From assembly GCA_963664305.2 (NCBI GenBank), contig CAXXLV010000001.1:64001-128000 (forward strand): 64,000 bases of DNA. The letters are read 5' to 3'. Positions within the stretch are counted from its first letter, which is position 1. Each line of letters begins with the position of its first letter. Of this stretch, positions 53,401 through 63,177 are shown piece after piece. Source of the stretch: an uncultured Aliarcobacter sp. GTDB taxonomy: Bacteria; Campylobacterota; Campylobacteria; Campylobacterales; Arcobacteraceae. The notes beneath the pieces are model-generated. The model did not search any database. It worked only from the letters and a program-made list of their open reading frames with translations, and was not told the origin of the DNA. The position numbers were made by a program, and so were the translations under genes.

Positions 53401-54841
53401 GTTCTTTTCCATCTTTTGCCATTGGCTCAATTACTTGGTCTAATACTTCATATGTTACATTAAAGAATTTTTGTTTTTTCTCTAAATTTTCTAATTTGTA
53501 ATCTTTAACATTTAAGAATGTATCTTCAATATACTCTTGAACATAATCCATATCATCATTTAACCATTTAGAATAGTGTTGTGATGATTTTAAATAATTA
53601 TTAATATCTTCTTCTTTTAAGATTTTTCCATGTTTAAGGTCAAGTGCAATCATTTGTCCTGATTGTAATCTTCCTCTTTCAAGAATATTATCATCTTCAA
53701 TTTTTAATGTTCCATACTCAGATGTAATATATAATTTATCATCTTTTGTAATAACATATTTAGAAGGTCTTAATCCATTTCTATCAATTAAACAACCAAT
53801 ATGTCTTCCATCTGTTAAAGAAACAGCAGCTGGCCCATCCCAAGCTTCCATCGCAGTTGATGTATATTCATAAAATGCTCTTAAGTTAGAATCCATATGA
53901 GGAGCATTTTGCCAAGGAGCAGGTACTAATGCACGTGCAGCTTTGAAGAAATCTACTCCATTTGCTAATAAAAATTCGAACATATTATCTAAAGATGTAG
54001 AATCTGAACCAACATTTTGTAAAATTGGTAATAATCTTTTCATTTCGTCTTCAGAGAAAATTTCTGATTTTAATTGTTCTGATTTTACTTCAACATTAAA
54101 TCTATTTGCTTCAACTGAATTTATCTCACCATTATGAGCAATTGCTCTAAAAGGTTGTGCTAATCTCCATAAAGGAAGTGTATTTGTTGAAAATCTTTGG
54201 TGAAATAATGAAAAAGAAATTTTAAAATCTTCATCTCTTAAATCAATATAAAAATGTTTAATGTGCGTAGGCATAATTAGCCCTTTATACGCGATAACCT
54301 TTGACGAAAATGTAGGAATATAAAAATCTTTCTTCTCTATTAATTTATGCTCACACTCTTTTCTTGTTAAGTATAGCATTGCATCAAATCTTTTTGATGA
54401 CATTAAAGTATTTGGCGTAACAAATACTTGAATAATATTTGGTAAGCTTTCTAAAGCTTGTTGACCTAAAGCGTCTGTATCAACAGGTACAGTTCTTGTT
54501 AAGATAACTTTTAAATCATTCTTTTCACAATACTCTTTAAATGTATCAATATCTTCTAAATCTTTTGCAAAAATCATTGCTACTGCATAGATTTCTGGTA
54601 AATCAACACCTTTTTGTGTCGCTATTTTTCTCATGAAAGAATCTGGCATTGATAATAATAAACCTGAACCATCTCCAGTTTTACCATCAGCTGCTACTGC
54701 ACCTCTATGCATCATTCTTTCAAGTGAAGTAATTGCATCTTCTAAATTTTTATGACTTGGTCGATTTTTCATATCAGCTACTAAACCAAACCCACAATTA
54801 TCTTTAAAAGATGTTAGTAAGTCTAAATTGCACCCCATCAT
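50402..54841 (-). CDS. gltB: Glutamate synthase large subunit
   Basis: CGFG amidotransferase start, HQRFSTNT, QGAKPGEGG, CHTNKCSVG, C-terminal GXGXG. Confidence 0.98.
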   Translation of the reverse strand: MMGCNLDLLTSFKDNCGFGLVADMKNRPSHKNLEDAITSLERMMHRGAVAADGKTGDGSGLLLSMPDSFMRKIATQKGVDLPEIYAVAMIFAKDLEDIDTFKEYCEKNDLKVILTRTVPVDTDALGQQALESLPNIIQVFVTPNTLMSSKRFDAMLYLTRKECEHKLIEKKDFYIPTFSSKVIAYKGLIMPTHIKHFYIDLRDEDFKISFSLFHQRFSTNTLPLWRLAQPFRAIAHNGEINSVEANRFNVEVKSEQLKSEIFSEDEMKRLLPILQNVGSDSTSLDNMFEFLLANGVDFFKAARALVPAPWQNAPHMDSNLRAFYEYTSTAMEAWDGPAAVSLTDGRHIGCLIDRNGLRPSKYVITKDDKLYITSEYGTLKIEDDNILERGRLQSGQMIALDLKHGKILKEEDINNYLKSSQHYSKWLNDDMDYVQEYIEDTFLNVKDYKLENLEKKQKFFNVTYEVLDQVIEPMAKDGKEPVGSMGDDTPLACFSKVNRNFTDFFRQKFAQVTNPPIDPYREKVVMSLETGFGKIHNILDEKPEYARRLKVTSPILMKEKYDVLYSFGDEKSPRYEEYYKNRIFSTTFKSDLKASLEKLASYVVKAVKEDGVSVIILDDRAVNENEKVIPAAMAVGYVNQKLLKEGIRHKASIVSITGEVYDPHMAAVLIAFGVTAIYPYMMYASTVAFFQREKPTKYEMQKYLKNTQKSVNAGLLKIMSKMGICTIASYRNSGLFDIIGLSDEIINDCFTGAHSELAGLNYSDIEEKINKSHHNAFKEENTVFPLDLGGFYKYSNGGEYHDYGPATTKAMHNKQATSKEDITDFEGLRELVKNRDKKFIRDFLEFNSDRKAIDISEVESKEDIFKRFATAAMSLGSISPEAHEAMATAMNTIGGMSNSGEGGEDAKRFGTIRNSKIKQVASGRFGVTPAYLRSAEELQIKVAQGAKPGEGGQLPGHKVTGLIATLRHTVPGVTLISPPPHHDIYSIEDLAQLIFDLKQINPLAKITVKLVSSIGVGTIAAGVAKAYADKIIISGGDGGTGAAPLTSIKHAGNPWEMGLSEAHNALKANHLREFVHVQTDGGLKTGLDVVKAAMLGAESYAFGTASLTLLGCKILRICHTNKCSVGVATQDETLRDHFTGTVERLISYFTFIAEDVRNILASLGYKTIEEIVGRSDLLKVIDDKFAQKFDFQNILRRVDGIDTCQKDTNAPFDDNKFEKELLKKVHRTIENPSSPVKVSAEISNLNRSFGALISGEIARFYGDKGLPENSITINLKGIAGQSFGAFLSKGMNLHLEGAANDYVGKGMNGGKIIINPAHQGPSFAGAGNTCLYGATGGKLYVRAAVGERFGVRNSGAIAVVEGTGDNPCEYMTGGIAVILGNTGINFGAGMTGGLAFVYDPEKTFVDKMNQELIEPVRVDTDDTERERLYLKRLLLDYLHETQSEIAEYILQNFRAEIRNFWMVKPKNMTVLPLDPDKGD

Positions 54842-55131
54842 TTTCCTTTATATATTTAATCTTTTTATATTCCGTAGTAAAGTTGGATAATAATATACTA
54901 TAAATTAGTTTAAATGTAGTTAAATACACAGAATATTGAATCTCTTCAATCTGACATTATACATTATTATATAGTATTAAATTGTTAAAAATTTATATAA
55001 ATTTTATACAAAAGATATTTTTTAACTAATTGTATATTTTGACTTAAAAATTTTTATTTACAATTTTGTACATAATAGTTACATAATTTTTAACTATAAT
55101 TTTTTATATCAAAATTAAGGAGAGCAAAGAT

Positions 55132-56124
55132 ATGAAAAAATTAGTTTTAGGAACAATTGCAGCAGCGATGTTAGCAACTTCAGGATTAGCAGCAGACTAC
55201 ACAATGAAAGTAAGCCACGTTGTTAGTGCTAGTACACCAAAAGGAAAAGCAGCTGATTTCTTTGAAAAAAGAGTTGAAGAATTAACTGGTGGAAAAATTG
55301 ATGTTCAAGTATTCCCAAATTCTCAATTATATGGTGATGGTGAAGAAATTAAAGCACTTGTAATGAATAATGTACAAGTAATTATGCCAAGTTTATCTAA
55401 ATTTACAAGTGTTGCACCACAAATGCAATTATTTGATTTACCTTTCATTTTTAGAGATAAAGCACATCTTTATAATGTAATGGATGGAGAAGTTGGTCAA
55501 ACTTTAAAATCTTTTGTAGATGCTAAAAAACAAATGATTGCTATGGATTACTGGGATGCAGGATTCAAAGATTTCTCAAGTAGCACAAAACCTTTAGTTG
55601 TACCTGCTGATGCAGAAGGAATGAAATTTAGAATTCAAAGTTCAAAAGTTTTAGAAGCACAATTTAAAGCTGTTGGTGGAAATCCACAAGTTTTACCATT
55701 CTCTGAAGTATATTCTGCTTTACAACAAGGTGTTGTTGATGGAACTGAGAACCCATTATCTAACTTCTATACAAAAAAATTCCACGAAGTTCAATCTAGT
55801 CTTACTTTAAGTAACCACGGTTATTTAGGTTACCTTGTTGTTATGAATGAGCAATTCTGGAATAAATTACCAAAAGATTTACAAGACAAAGTTTCTCAAG
55901 CTATGAAAGAAGCAACTGAATTAGAGAGAAAAGAGTCTGCTGTTGAAGATGCTAGAATTATGGAAGAGTTAACTAAATACTCTAAAGAGACTGGAAAACT
56001 TCAAATTATTGAATTAACACCTGAGCAAAAACAACAATGGCAAAAAGCTATGTCAGTTGTTTATCCTAAGTTTTATGACGTAATTGGTGAAGATTTAATT
56101 AAAAAAGCAATTGAAACAAAATAA
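55132..56124 (+). CDS. dctP: TRAP transporter substrate-binding protein
   Basis: Signal peptide; FPNSQLYGD, KFRIQSS, PFSEVYSALQQGVVDGTEN. Confidence 0.93.
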   Translation: MKKLVLGTIAAAMLATSGLAADYTMKVSHVVSASTPKGKAADFFEKRVEELTGGKIDVQVFPNSQLYGDGEEIKALVMNNVQVIMPSLSKFTSVAPQMQLFDLPFIFRDKAHLYNVMDGEVGQTLKSFVDAKKQMIAMDYWDAGFKDFSSSTKPLVVPADAEGMKFRIQSSKVLEAQFKAVGGNPQVLPFSEVYSALQQGVVDGTENPLSNFYTKKFHEVQSSLTLSNHGYLGYLVVMNEQFWNKLPKDLQDKVSQAMKEATELERKESAVEDARIMEELTKYSKETGKLQIIELTPEQKQQWQKAMSVVYPKFYDVIGEDLIKKAIETK

Positions 56125-56136
56125 TAAAGTTAAAAT

Positions 56137-56694
56137 ATGAAAAAATTCTTTGAAATTATCGACATAATTGTAGGTACTATCAACCAAACAATGGCAGTTT
56201 TTGGACTGTCATTGGGGGTTTTACTTGCATTTATCAATGTTATATTAAGATATGGTTTTGATATGAGCATAACTTGGGCCGCAGAACTTACAAATTACCT
56301 TTTTATTTGGTCAGCCCTTTTTGGTGCAGCATATGGTTTTAAGCAAGGTGCACATATTTCAGTAACTTTACTTATTGAAAAATTTCCTCCAGTTATTACA
56401 AAATTCTTTTTGATTTTTGCAAATTTTATTTCAATTGCATATCTAGCGTTAATATCATATTTTGGATATGAATTAATACTTATGTTAAAAGATTTTGGAG
56501 AAATGAGTGTTGATTTAGAGATTCCATTATGGGTTCCTCATTTAGTACTTCCAATTGCATTTGGACTAGCAGCATATAGAACAGCTGAAAAATTAGTTGA
56601 AATTTACTTAACAGATTCTAAAGATATTCAACTATTCAATGAACATGAAGCAGTAATTCATGAAGTAACTTCTCATAATAAAGGAGAAAAATAA
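56137..56694 (+). CDS. dctQ: TRAP transporter small permease
   Basis: NVILRY, WAAEL, GAHISV; four TM. Confidence 0.9.
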   Translation: MKKFFEIIDIIVGTINQTMAVFGLSLGVLLAFINVILRYGFDMSITWAAELTNYLFIWSALFGAAYGFKQGAHISVTLLIEKFPPVITKFFLIFANFISIAYLALISYFGYELILMLKDFGEMSVDLEIPLWVPHLVLPIAFGLAAYRTAEKLVEIYLTDSKDIQLFNEHEAVIHEVTSHNKGEK

Positions 56695-56695
56695 T

Positions 56696-57976
56696 ATGGT
56701 TATTGCAACACTGTTTATTTTACTTTTCGTACTTATGCTTTTAGGAGTACCTGTTGCAGTTGCTCTTGGAACAACAACATTAATAACTTCATTTTTCTTT
56801 ACAGATATGGATTTAATGGGAATTCCATCAAAAGTTTTTGATGGTTTAAATAAATATACACTTATGGCTATTCCAATGTTTATCTTAGCTGGTTCTTTAT
56901 TATCAAGAGGATCATCAGCTACAAGAATAATTGAATTTGCAAAGAGTTTAGTAGGACACCTTCCTGGTGGGCTTCCAATTGCTGCAATTCTTGCATCAAT
57001 AATCTTTGCAGCTGTTAGTGGTAGTTCTCCTGCAACTGTTGCTGCTATTGGTTCAGTTATGTATGGAGCAATTAAACAAGCAGGATATAACGAACAATTT
57101 GCGATTGGTACAATTGCTACATCTGGAACATTAGGTATTCTAATTCCACCATCAATTGTTTTCATCGTTTTTGGGGTAACTGCTGACCAATCAATTGGTA
57201 AATTATTTATGGCAGGGGTAATTCCTGGACTTATGATTGGTGTAATGATGATGGTTGCAACTTATTTCCTAGCTAAAAAAAGTGGATTTAAAGGTGCAAA
57301 AAGAGCAACATTTAAAGAACAATTTATAGCATTTAAAAATGCTTTTTGGGCTCTTTTAATTATCGTAATTGTTATTGGTGGAATTTATGGAGGAATCTTT
57401 ACTCCAACAGAAGCTGGAGCATTCAGTGTTATGTATGCTTTCTTTGTATCTTTCTTTATTTATAGAGATACTAAATTTAAAGATTTATATAAAATCATTT
57501 TAGATTCAGCACAAACAAGTTCTATGATTTTCTTTATCATTGCAAATGCTATGCTTTTTGCTCACTTCCTAACAGATGAGCAAATTCCTCAACATATCAC
57601 AGAAATGATTATTGAAGCAAATATGGGACCTTTAATGTTCTTATTAATTGTAAATATTTTACTTTTATTAATGGGACAATTTATGGAGCCAAGTTCAGTT
57701 GTTATGATTACAGTACCATTATTACTTCCAATTGGTGTTGCATTAGGAATTGATCCTATTCATCTTGGTGTTATTATGGTTGTAAATATGGAAATTGGTA
57801 TGATTACCCCACCTGTAGGACTAAATTTATTCGTTGCAAGTGGTATTACGGGACTTAGTCTAAAACAAGTAATCATTGCTTCTTTACCAATGACTTCTAT
57901 ATTATTAATTGGATTATTACTGATTACATATATTCCAGAAATTTCACTGTGGTTACCACGTTTAATGTATGGATAA
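56696..57976 (+). CDS. dctM: TRAP transporter large permease
   Basis: AIPMFILAG, SGSSPAT, LIPPSI, TPTEA, ITPPVGLNLF. Confidence 0.95.
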   Translation: MVIATLFILLFVLMLLGVPVAVALGTTTLITSFFFTDMDLMGIPSKVFDGLNKYTLMAIPMFILAGSLLSRGSSATRIIEFAKSLVGHLPGGLPIAAILASIIFAAVSGSSPATVAAIGSVMYGAIKQAGYNEQFAIGTIATSGTLGILIPPSIVFIVFGVTADQSIGKLFMAGVIPGLMIGVMMMVATYFLAKKSGFKGAKRATFKEQFIAFKNAFWALLIIVIVIGGIYGGIFTPTEAGAFSVMYAFFVSFFIYRDTKFKDLYKIILDSAQTSSMIFFIIANAMLFAHFLTDEQIPQHITEMIIEANMGPLMFLLIVNILLLLMGQFMEPSSVVMITVPLLLPIGVALGIDPIHLGVIMVVNMEIGMITPPVGLNLFVASGITGLSLKQVIIASLPMTSILLIGLLLITYIPEISLWLPRLMYG

Positions 57977-58007
57977 AAAAGAAGAGATTTTTAATCTCTT
58001 CTTTTTT
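57975..58007. terminator. Bidirectional terminator between dctM and the GDPD gene
   Basis: AAAAAAGAAGAGATT-TTT-AATCTCTTCTTTTTT. Confidence 0.8.
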
Positions 58008-58713
58008 AAACTAAAAAATTCTCAAAAATTACAGCTGAAACTTTATCTTTAATCTCTTCAAAATCTTTTTTATTTTTAATTGTCCACATTATAACTTCTA
58101 AATTTCTTTTTTTACAAAAACTATAAATCGAACTATCTATTAGTTTATCTTCCAAAGATACAAAATTTGGTTTTGTTTTAAAATATCTATATAAAAAAAG
58201 TAAACTTTGATATTTTTTTAATTTTTTAGGAAAAGATTCAAAAATCAAACCTCTTTTCTCATTTGTTTGATTATTTTTAAACCAAATCAAAATCTCTTTT
58301 TCGAAAGAACAAAAGAGATAATTATTTGGATAATGTTTTAACTTATCTATTAAAATATTTTCTAATAAACCAATATTTTGATGTTTTTTTATCTCTATGA
58401 TTAAAGGTATTTTTCCTTTTATTAAATTCAATACTTCATCAAATAAAGGTATTTTTTCTTCTGTTTCATATAATTTTAATTCTTTCAAAAAAGAGAACTC
58501 TATCTCTTCAATTTTCTCTTTTTTATCACATAATCTTTTTAAATCATCATCATGGAAAACTACTATTTGATTGTCTTTTGTTATATTAATATCAAATTCA
58601 ATTGCATAACCTTTTTCAAGTGCTTTTTTAAAAGCTAATAAAGAGTTTTCAGGAGTTACTCTTTTTTCATGCAAACCACGATGAGCTATGAGTTTGTTTT
58701 TAAACAAACTCAT
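58006..58713 (-). CDS. Glycerophosphodiester phosphodiesterase family protein
   Basis: IAHRG, PENSL, IEFDI, VVFHDD, IIEIK, WTI. Confidence 0.92.
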   Translation of the reverse strand: MSLFKNKLIAHRGLHEKRVTPENSLLAFKKALEKGYAIEFDINITKDNQIVVFHDDDLKRLCDKKEKIEEIEFSFLKELKLYETEEKIPLFDEVLNLIKGKIPLIIEIKKHQNIGLLENILIDKLKHYPNNYLFCSFEKEILIWFKNNQTNEKRGLIFESFPKKLKKYQSLLFLYRYFKTKPNFVSLEDKLIDSSIYSFCKKRNLEVIMWTIKNKKDFEEIKDKVSAVIFENFLV

Positions 58714-60289
58714 AATTTATATCTTTTATTGAAGTATCTTTAGGTACAAAAATAGCGAATTTTGCACCATCTTTTGTATTTCTTACTCTTAGTTTTCCTT
58801 TCATATTTTTATCAACAATGATTTTTGACATATAAAGCCCTATTCCCGTTCCATCACTTGCTGATTTGGTAGTAAAATATGGTTCAAAAATTTTTCCTTT
58901 TGGTTCAACTAAAACTCCACCACCATTATCTTCAACATATAAAACTACATAAGTATCTTCTTCATAAGCACTTATTTTTATAGTTGGATTTTTTATATTT
59001 TTTTCTATTAAGACATCTTTAGCATTATTTATAATATTCAATAAAACTTGCTGATATTCATTTAAATATGTACGCAAAACAATGTTTTTATCAACATTTA
59101 CTTCAACTTTAATATTGTAATTTTTTAGAGTACTTGAAACAATATTCATAACTAACTCAATAACTTTATATAAATAAAATTCCTCTTTTTCTTTTTTAGG
59201 CATAAAAAAGTTTCTAAAATCATCTATTGTTTGGGACATATATTCCAAAACTTTATCAGCTTCATGAGATTTTTGTTCCATTGTTTTTTCATCAAGGGCA
59301 TTGATACTATATTTAAATTTTATAAACATCAAGATAGATGAAAGCTCACTTAATGGCTGTCTCCATTGATGTGCAATATTTGAAATCATCTCTCCAAGTG
59401 CTATAAATTTTGATTTTTGAACTAATAACTGCTCTTTTTCTCTATTTTTTTCTATTTCATTTTTTACTTTTTCTTCTAAAGATTGATTTAGTTCTTCCAT
59501 TTCTTTTGCATTTGATAAAACTTTATTTTCATAATTTTTAAGTACATCATCAATCTTTTTAGATATAAAAATTGAGATTAAAATGGCAATTGATAAAAAC
59601 ATTACAAATAAAACTATATTTTGAACTATTTGATTTTTTACTCTTTTTTTAAACTCTTTAGTTTTTGCTGCAAGCTCATTTTCCATATCATCTGTATAAA
59701 CACCAACAGCTATAATCCAATTCCATTTTTCATAATATTTAAAATATGAAATTTTTTGTTTAATCTCTTTTGTATCAGGTTTTTTATATGAATATTTTGT
59801 AAAAGATTCACCTTTTTGTCTTATATCTCTTAAAAAATCTTCTCTAAATTTTTTACCATCTGTATCAGTATAATTTGTAGAAATATAAGTTCCTACTAAA
59901 TCTAATCTATTTGGATTTACAATCAATTTTGCAAAATCATCTCCACCTTGCATATTTTTAACTTCATAAACAAAAAAATAGTTACTGGTATTTTCTTCAA
60001 AAGTGATGTTATTAAAAAGTCTAATAGCATCCATTTTTTGTTCTTCATCATCTAAATTTGATTTAACAATATTGTAATTCATAATATCAATAACTGTATT
60101 TATCTCTTTTTTTAAGGTATTCTTTTTATCTGTATAATATTCTTCTTGGTATTTTTCCATCTCTATATCAAAATCATTATATGTATTTTTTACATAAAAA
60201 TATGACATTGCAAAAACCATTGTTGACATAATTATAATAAATGTAAAAATAATAATTTTTGATAAATTTTTTTCAGTAATTAATCCCAA
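58700..60289 (-). CDS. Sensor histidine kinase with a periplasmic single Cache domain
   Basis: Two TM around YFFVY...KISYFKY...WNWIIAVGVY; H-box IAHQWRQPL; NNAKD, DNGGG, GTGIGLY. Confidence 0.93.
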   Translation of the reverse strand: MGLITEKNLSKIIIFTFIIIMSTMVFAMSYFYVKNTYNDFDIEMEKYQEEYYTDKKNTLKKEINTVIDIMNYNIVKSNLDDEEQKMDAIRLFNNITFEENTSNYFFVYEVKNMQGGDDFAKLIVNPNRLDLVGTYISTNYTDTDGKKFREDFLRDIRQKGESFTKYSYKKPDTKEIKQKISYFKYYEKWNWIIAVGVYTDDMENELAAKTKEFKKRVKNQIVQNIVLFVMFLSIAILISIFISKKIDDVLKNYENKVLSNAKEMEELNQSLEEKVKNEIEKNREKEQLLVQKSKFIALGEMISNIAHQWRQPLSELSSILMFIKFKYSINALDEKTMEQKSHEADKVLEYMSQTIDDFRNFFMPKKEKEEFYLYKVIELVMNIVSSTLKNYNIKVEVNVDKNIVLRTYLNEYQQVLLNIINNAKDVLIEKNIKNPTIKISAYEEDTYVVLYVEDNGGGVLVEPKGKIFEPYFTTKSASDGTGIGLYMSKIIVDKNMKGKLRVRNTKDGAKFAIFVPKDTSIKDINYEFV

Positions 60290-60354
60290 TTTTAAACCTT
60301 CTTAACCTAATTTAGCTATGATAACATAATTTTTATAATAAGGATTTTTAGATT

Positions 60355-61041
60355 ATGCAAAATGATTTTATAAATAAACTTAATGCCTTTACTGTTTTAT
60401 ATGCTGAAGATGAAGATGGAATTAGAAACAATATTCAAGAAATTCTACAACATCTATTTAAAGAAGTTTATAGTGCAAAAAATGCAAGTGAAGCTTATAT
60501 GAAATATATTGAGAATAATCCAGATTTAATTATTACAGATATAAAAATGGGGAATGAAACAGGTATTGACCTTGTAAAAAAGATTAGAAAATCTGATTCA
60601 AAAACTAGAATTATTATTACCTCAGCATTTACCGATTTAGAATATTTACTTCAAGCAACTGAACTTCATTTGATTAAATACATTGTAAAACCAATAACTC
60701 AAGATAAGTTAATGGAAGCACTTGGAGCTTTTGTAAATAGTTATGATAATTCAAAAATTTATAATCTAATTCCTAACTGGATTTTTGATTATAGCAAAGC
60801 CGTAGTTTCAAATGGAAAAGAAGAGTTTACTCTAACTAAAAAAGAGAATAACTTCCTAAAATTACTTATTAGCAAAAATAGAATAATCACTTATGAAGAA
60901 TTAGAAACAAATATTTGGGATGAAGATTCTGTTATGACTTCAAATGCAATGAGACTTTTTATCAAAAACTTTAGAAAAAAACTTCCTAAAGATTTTCTAA
61001 AAAACGTTCAAGGAGTTGGATATAAATTAGTTAGAGATTAA
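60355..61041 (+). CDS. OmpR-family response regulator, divergent from the kinase
   Basis: YAEDE, ITDIKM, SAF, YIVKP; C-terminal NVQGVGYKL. Confidence 0.93.
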   Translation: MQNDFINKLNAFTVLYAEDEDGIRNNIQEILQHLFKEVYSAKNASEAYMKYIENNPDLIITDIKMGNETGIDLVKKIRKSDSKTRIIITSAFTDLEYLLQATELHLIKYIVKPITQDKLMEALGAFVNSYDNSKIYNLIPNWIFDYSKAVVSNGKEEFTLTKKENNFLKLLISKNRIITYEELETNIWDEDSVMTSNAMRLFIKNFRKKLPKDFLKNVQGVGYKLVRD

Positions 61042-61857
61042 CTTTATATCCTCTTTTTCTTCATCTTTTTGAACTTCTTTATTTGAATTTTTTTCTAACT
61101 TATCTAACTCATAAAAGTAAGAGTGTCCTAAATAAATTATAAAATAAACTGCACTAAATAAAGTTGCAAAAGGAACCATAGAAACTAAATATAGAAATAG
61201 TGTTCTAAGTCTAAAACTATTTGCTTCTTTTTTATAAATCTTTTTATATTGTTCTTTTGTCAAAATTGTTGAACTCACATCAAAATTTAAAAGCTTATGA
61301 AAGAAATAATAAAGTGGTAAAGCAAAAGCAATTATATTTAATACTGGAACAAAATAAACTGGTATTAAAATCAAAAATAATAACACCATCATCGATAAAC
61401 TTTTGAATAATTCCCACAATGATAAAAATAGTGTTCCATATCCATTTAATGTAAGATGAGAATAATATCTTTTATGTAAAATTCCCAAAATCATTGGTGT
61501 TAAAAAACCTATAATAATAATTGATAATATCACTGAAGCTTGTAAAATCAAAACTGTACCAATTGTATAAAGTAAAAAACCAGCTAACCAAGAGGTAAAA
61601 GAGTATTTAAACAAAAATATTATTAGATATGTAAACCAAACAAAATAAAAAGGTGCATTTTCGTCAATAACAACTTCTTGACCATTTTGTGAAGCTTGTG
61701 CTATTTCTTGTAAATTTGATATCCCAAAATCTGCAGCTGCAAAAAACATAGAATATAAAATCAACATTGTTATAAATAAAGGTATCAGTGCAATTTTTAA
61801 CATTGAACTTGTAAAAAAATCTTTTATACTTTTAAATATCGTTTCTATTTCATTCAT
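61027..61857 (-). CDS. EI24/CysZ-like membrane protein
   Basis: Multi-TM; IGFLTP and YFVPVLN motifs; start moved to ATG 61857. Confidence 0.7.
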   Translation of the reverse strand: MNEIETIFKSIKDFFTSSMLKIALIPLFITMLILYSMFFAAADFGISNLQEIAQASQNGQEVVIDENAPFYFVWFTYLIIFLFKYSFTSWLAGFLLYTIGTVLILQASVILSIIIIGFLTPMILGILHKRYYSHLTLNGYGTLFLSLWELFKSLSMMVLLFLILIPVYFVPVLNIIAFALPLYYFFHKLLNFDVSSTILTKEQYKKIYKKEANSFRLRTLFLYLVSMVPFATLFSAVYFIIYLGHSYFYELDKLEKNSNKEVQKDEEKEDIKLISN

Positions 61858-61858
61858 A

Positions 61859-62743
61859 TTAATTTTCCTTTTTATCAAATCTTGTTCGATATTCACATTT
61901 TCGACAAAGTTCTTCAACTAAAATATTTTTTTTAAATCCATTTTGAATATCTAAAACTTTTTTTGATTTTAATATATCATCTATTTGTGTATTGTTTGTA
62001 TTCCCTAGATTTATAACTGCATTTTGGTCTAAACAACAAGGAATTACATCACCATTTGTTAAAATCCCAAAATGTGAATCTAAACCATAACAAAAACCTT
62101 TTGTTGAAACTATTTCATTATTTAAAGATGGCCAGTTAAAATATTCATCAAAATTAAAAAATATTTTTCTATCTATTCTTATATTTTTAAGTCTTTGTTT
62201 ATAAACTTCTTCTATATTTATTTCTGTATTAAATGCTTCATTTATTTTATTAAAAACTTTTGTATTAAACTCTTTTGCACTTTTTTCTTCATCCAAATTC
62301 CAAATTCTAAAATTTATAAAATATTCATGTTTTCTACTTTGAGCAAACTTTACAAAATTTATAATTGGTTCTAAATATTCATCTAAACTTTTTTTATGAG
62401 AATTTGCATTATATGAATTTATTGAAAAATTTATTTGCTTAATTGTAGGATTTAAAAGTGTTTCATAATGTTTTTCATTTATATTATTTGCTGTTGTAGT
62501 AATATTTACTTTTAAATCATGTTTTAAACTAATATTTAGATATTCATTTAAATTTGATAAAACAAGTGGGTCACCAACAACATGATAAGCTAACTCTTTT
62601 GTATATGGTTTTAGTTGAGAATTTAAACTATCAAAATGTTCTAAACTCATTATTCCATTTGGTAAGGTTTTTGGAGGACAAAATGTACACTTTAAATTAC
62701 AGATATTTGTTATTTCAATATGTACTTTTTTAAATTTTTTAAT
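61859..62743 (-). CDS. Radical SAM/SPASM protein with a probable ATT start
   Basis: Frame extends 31 codons above the track ATG and contains IEITNICNLKCTFC; C-terminal CYG...GDVIPCCLD...CRKC. Confidence 0.85.
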   Translation of the reverse strand: MKKFKKVHIEITNICNLKCTFCPPKTLPNGIMSLEHFDSLNSQLKPYTKELAYHVVGDPLVLSNLNEYLNISLKHDLKVNITTTANNINEKHYETLLNPTIKQINFSINSYNANSHKKSLDEYLEPIINFVKFAQSRKHEYFINFRIWNLDEEKSAKEFNTKVFNKINEAFNTEINIEEVYKQRLKNIRIDRKIFFNFDEYFNWPSLNNEIVSTKGFCYGLDSHFGILTNGDVIPCCLDQNAVINLGNTNNTQIDDILKSKKVLDIQNGFKKNILVEELCRKCEYRTRFDKKEN

Positions 62744-62853
62744 AACTTTTTCCTTATTTTAATTTCCAAATTGTACCGAATAGTTATTAAAAATAATCAA
62801 TTACTAAATTGAGTTTAACTATAATCTATCTCACTATTAATAAAGGTAAAAAC

Positions 62854-63177
62854 ATGGAAATGATTTTAAATGAAAATGATTTAGTAGTTGGTGCTAGATT
62901 TGAAAATGGAACTATTCAAGATTATGTTGATGAGAAAAAAACATATGGATTGATTAGAATTGAAGATTCTACGGCAAATTGGTTCTTATTTAACAAAGAA
63001 GAAAGTGAAGAAGATTTACAAAAACTTTACAAAAAAGTTTTAAAAGAAGAACATTTTATAGAAGATGATTTTGGTGAAGAGATAGTTGTTTTCAATAAAA
63101 TTGGAGATAAACCATTTGAAGCATTCATCGAAAAAATTGATGAATACCTTGGTGATGAAATGGGAAATTTAATCTAA
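62854..63177 (+). CDS. Acidic hypothetical protein
   Basis: AAGGT RBS before ATG 62854; D/E-rich. Confidence 0.7.
   Translation: MEMILNENDLVVGARFENGTIQDYVDEKKTYGLIRIEDSTANWFLFNKEESEEDLQKLYKKVLKEEHFIEDDFGEEIVVFNKIGDKPFEAFIEKIDEYLGDEMGNLI

Noticed and set aside
61859..62743. Radical SAM/SPASM enzyme as a RiPP maturase, possibly for the 19-aa Cys peptide
   Set aside because: No precursor, transporter or protease gene is adjacent, and the peptide is about 58 kb away; no sequence evidence links them
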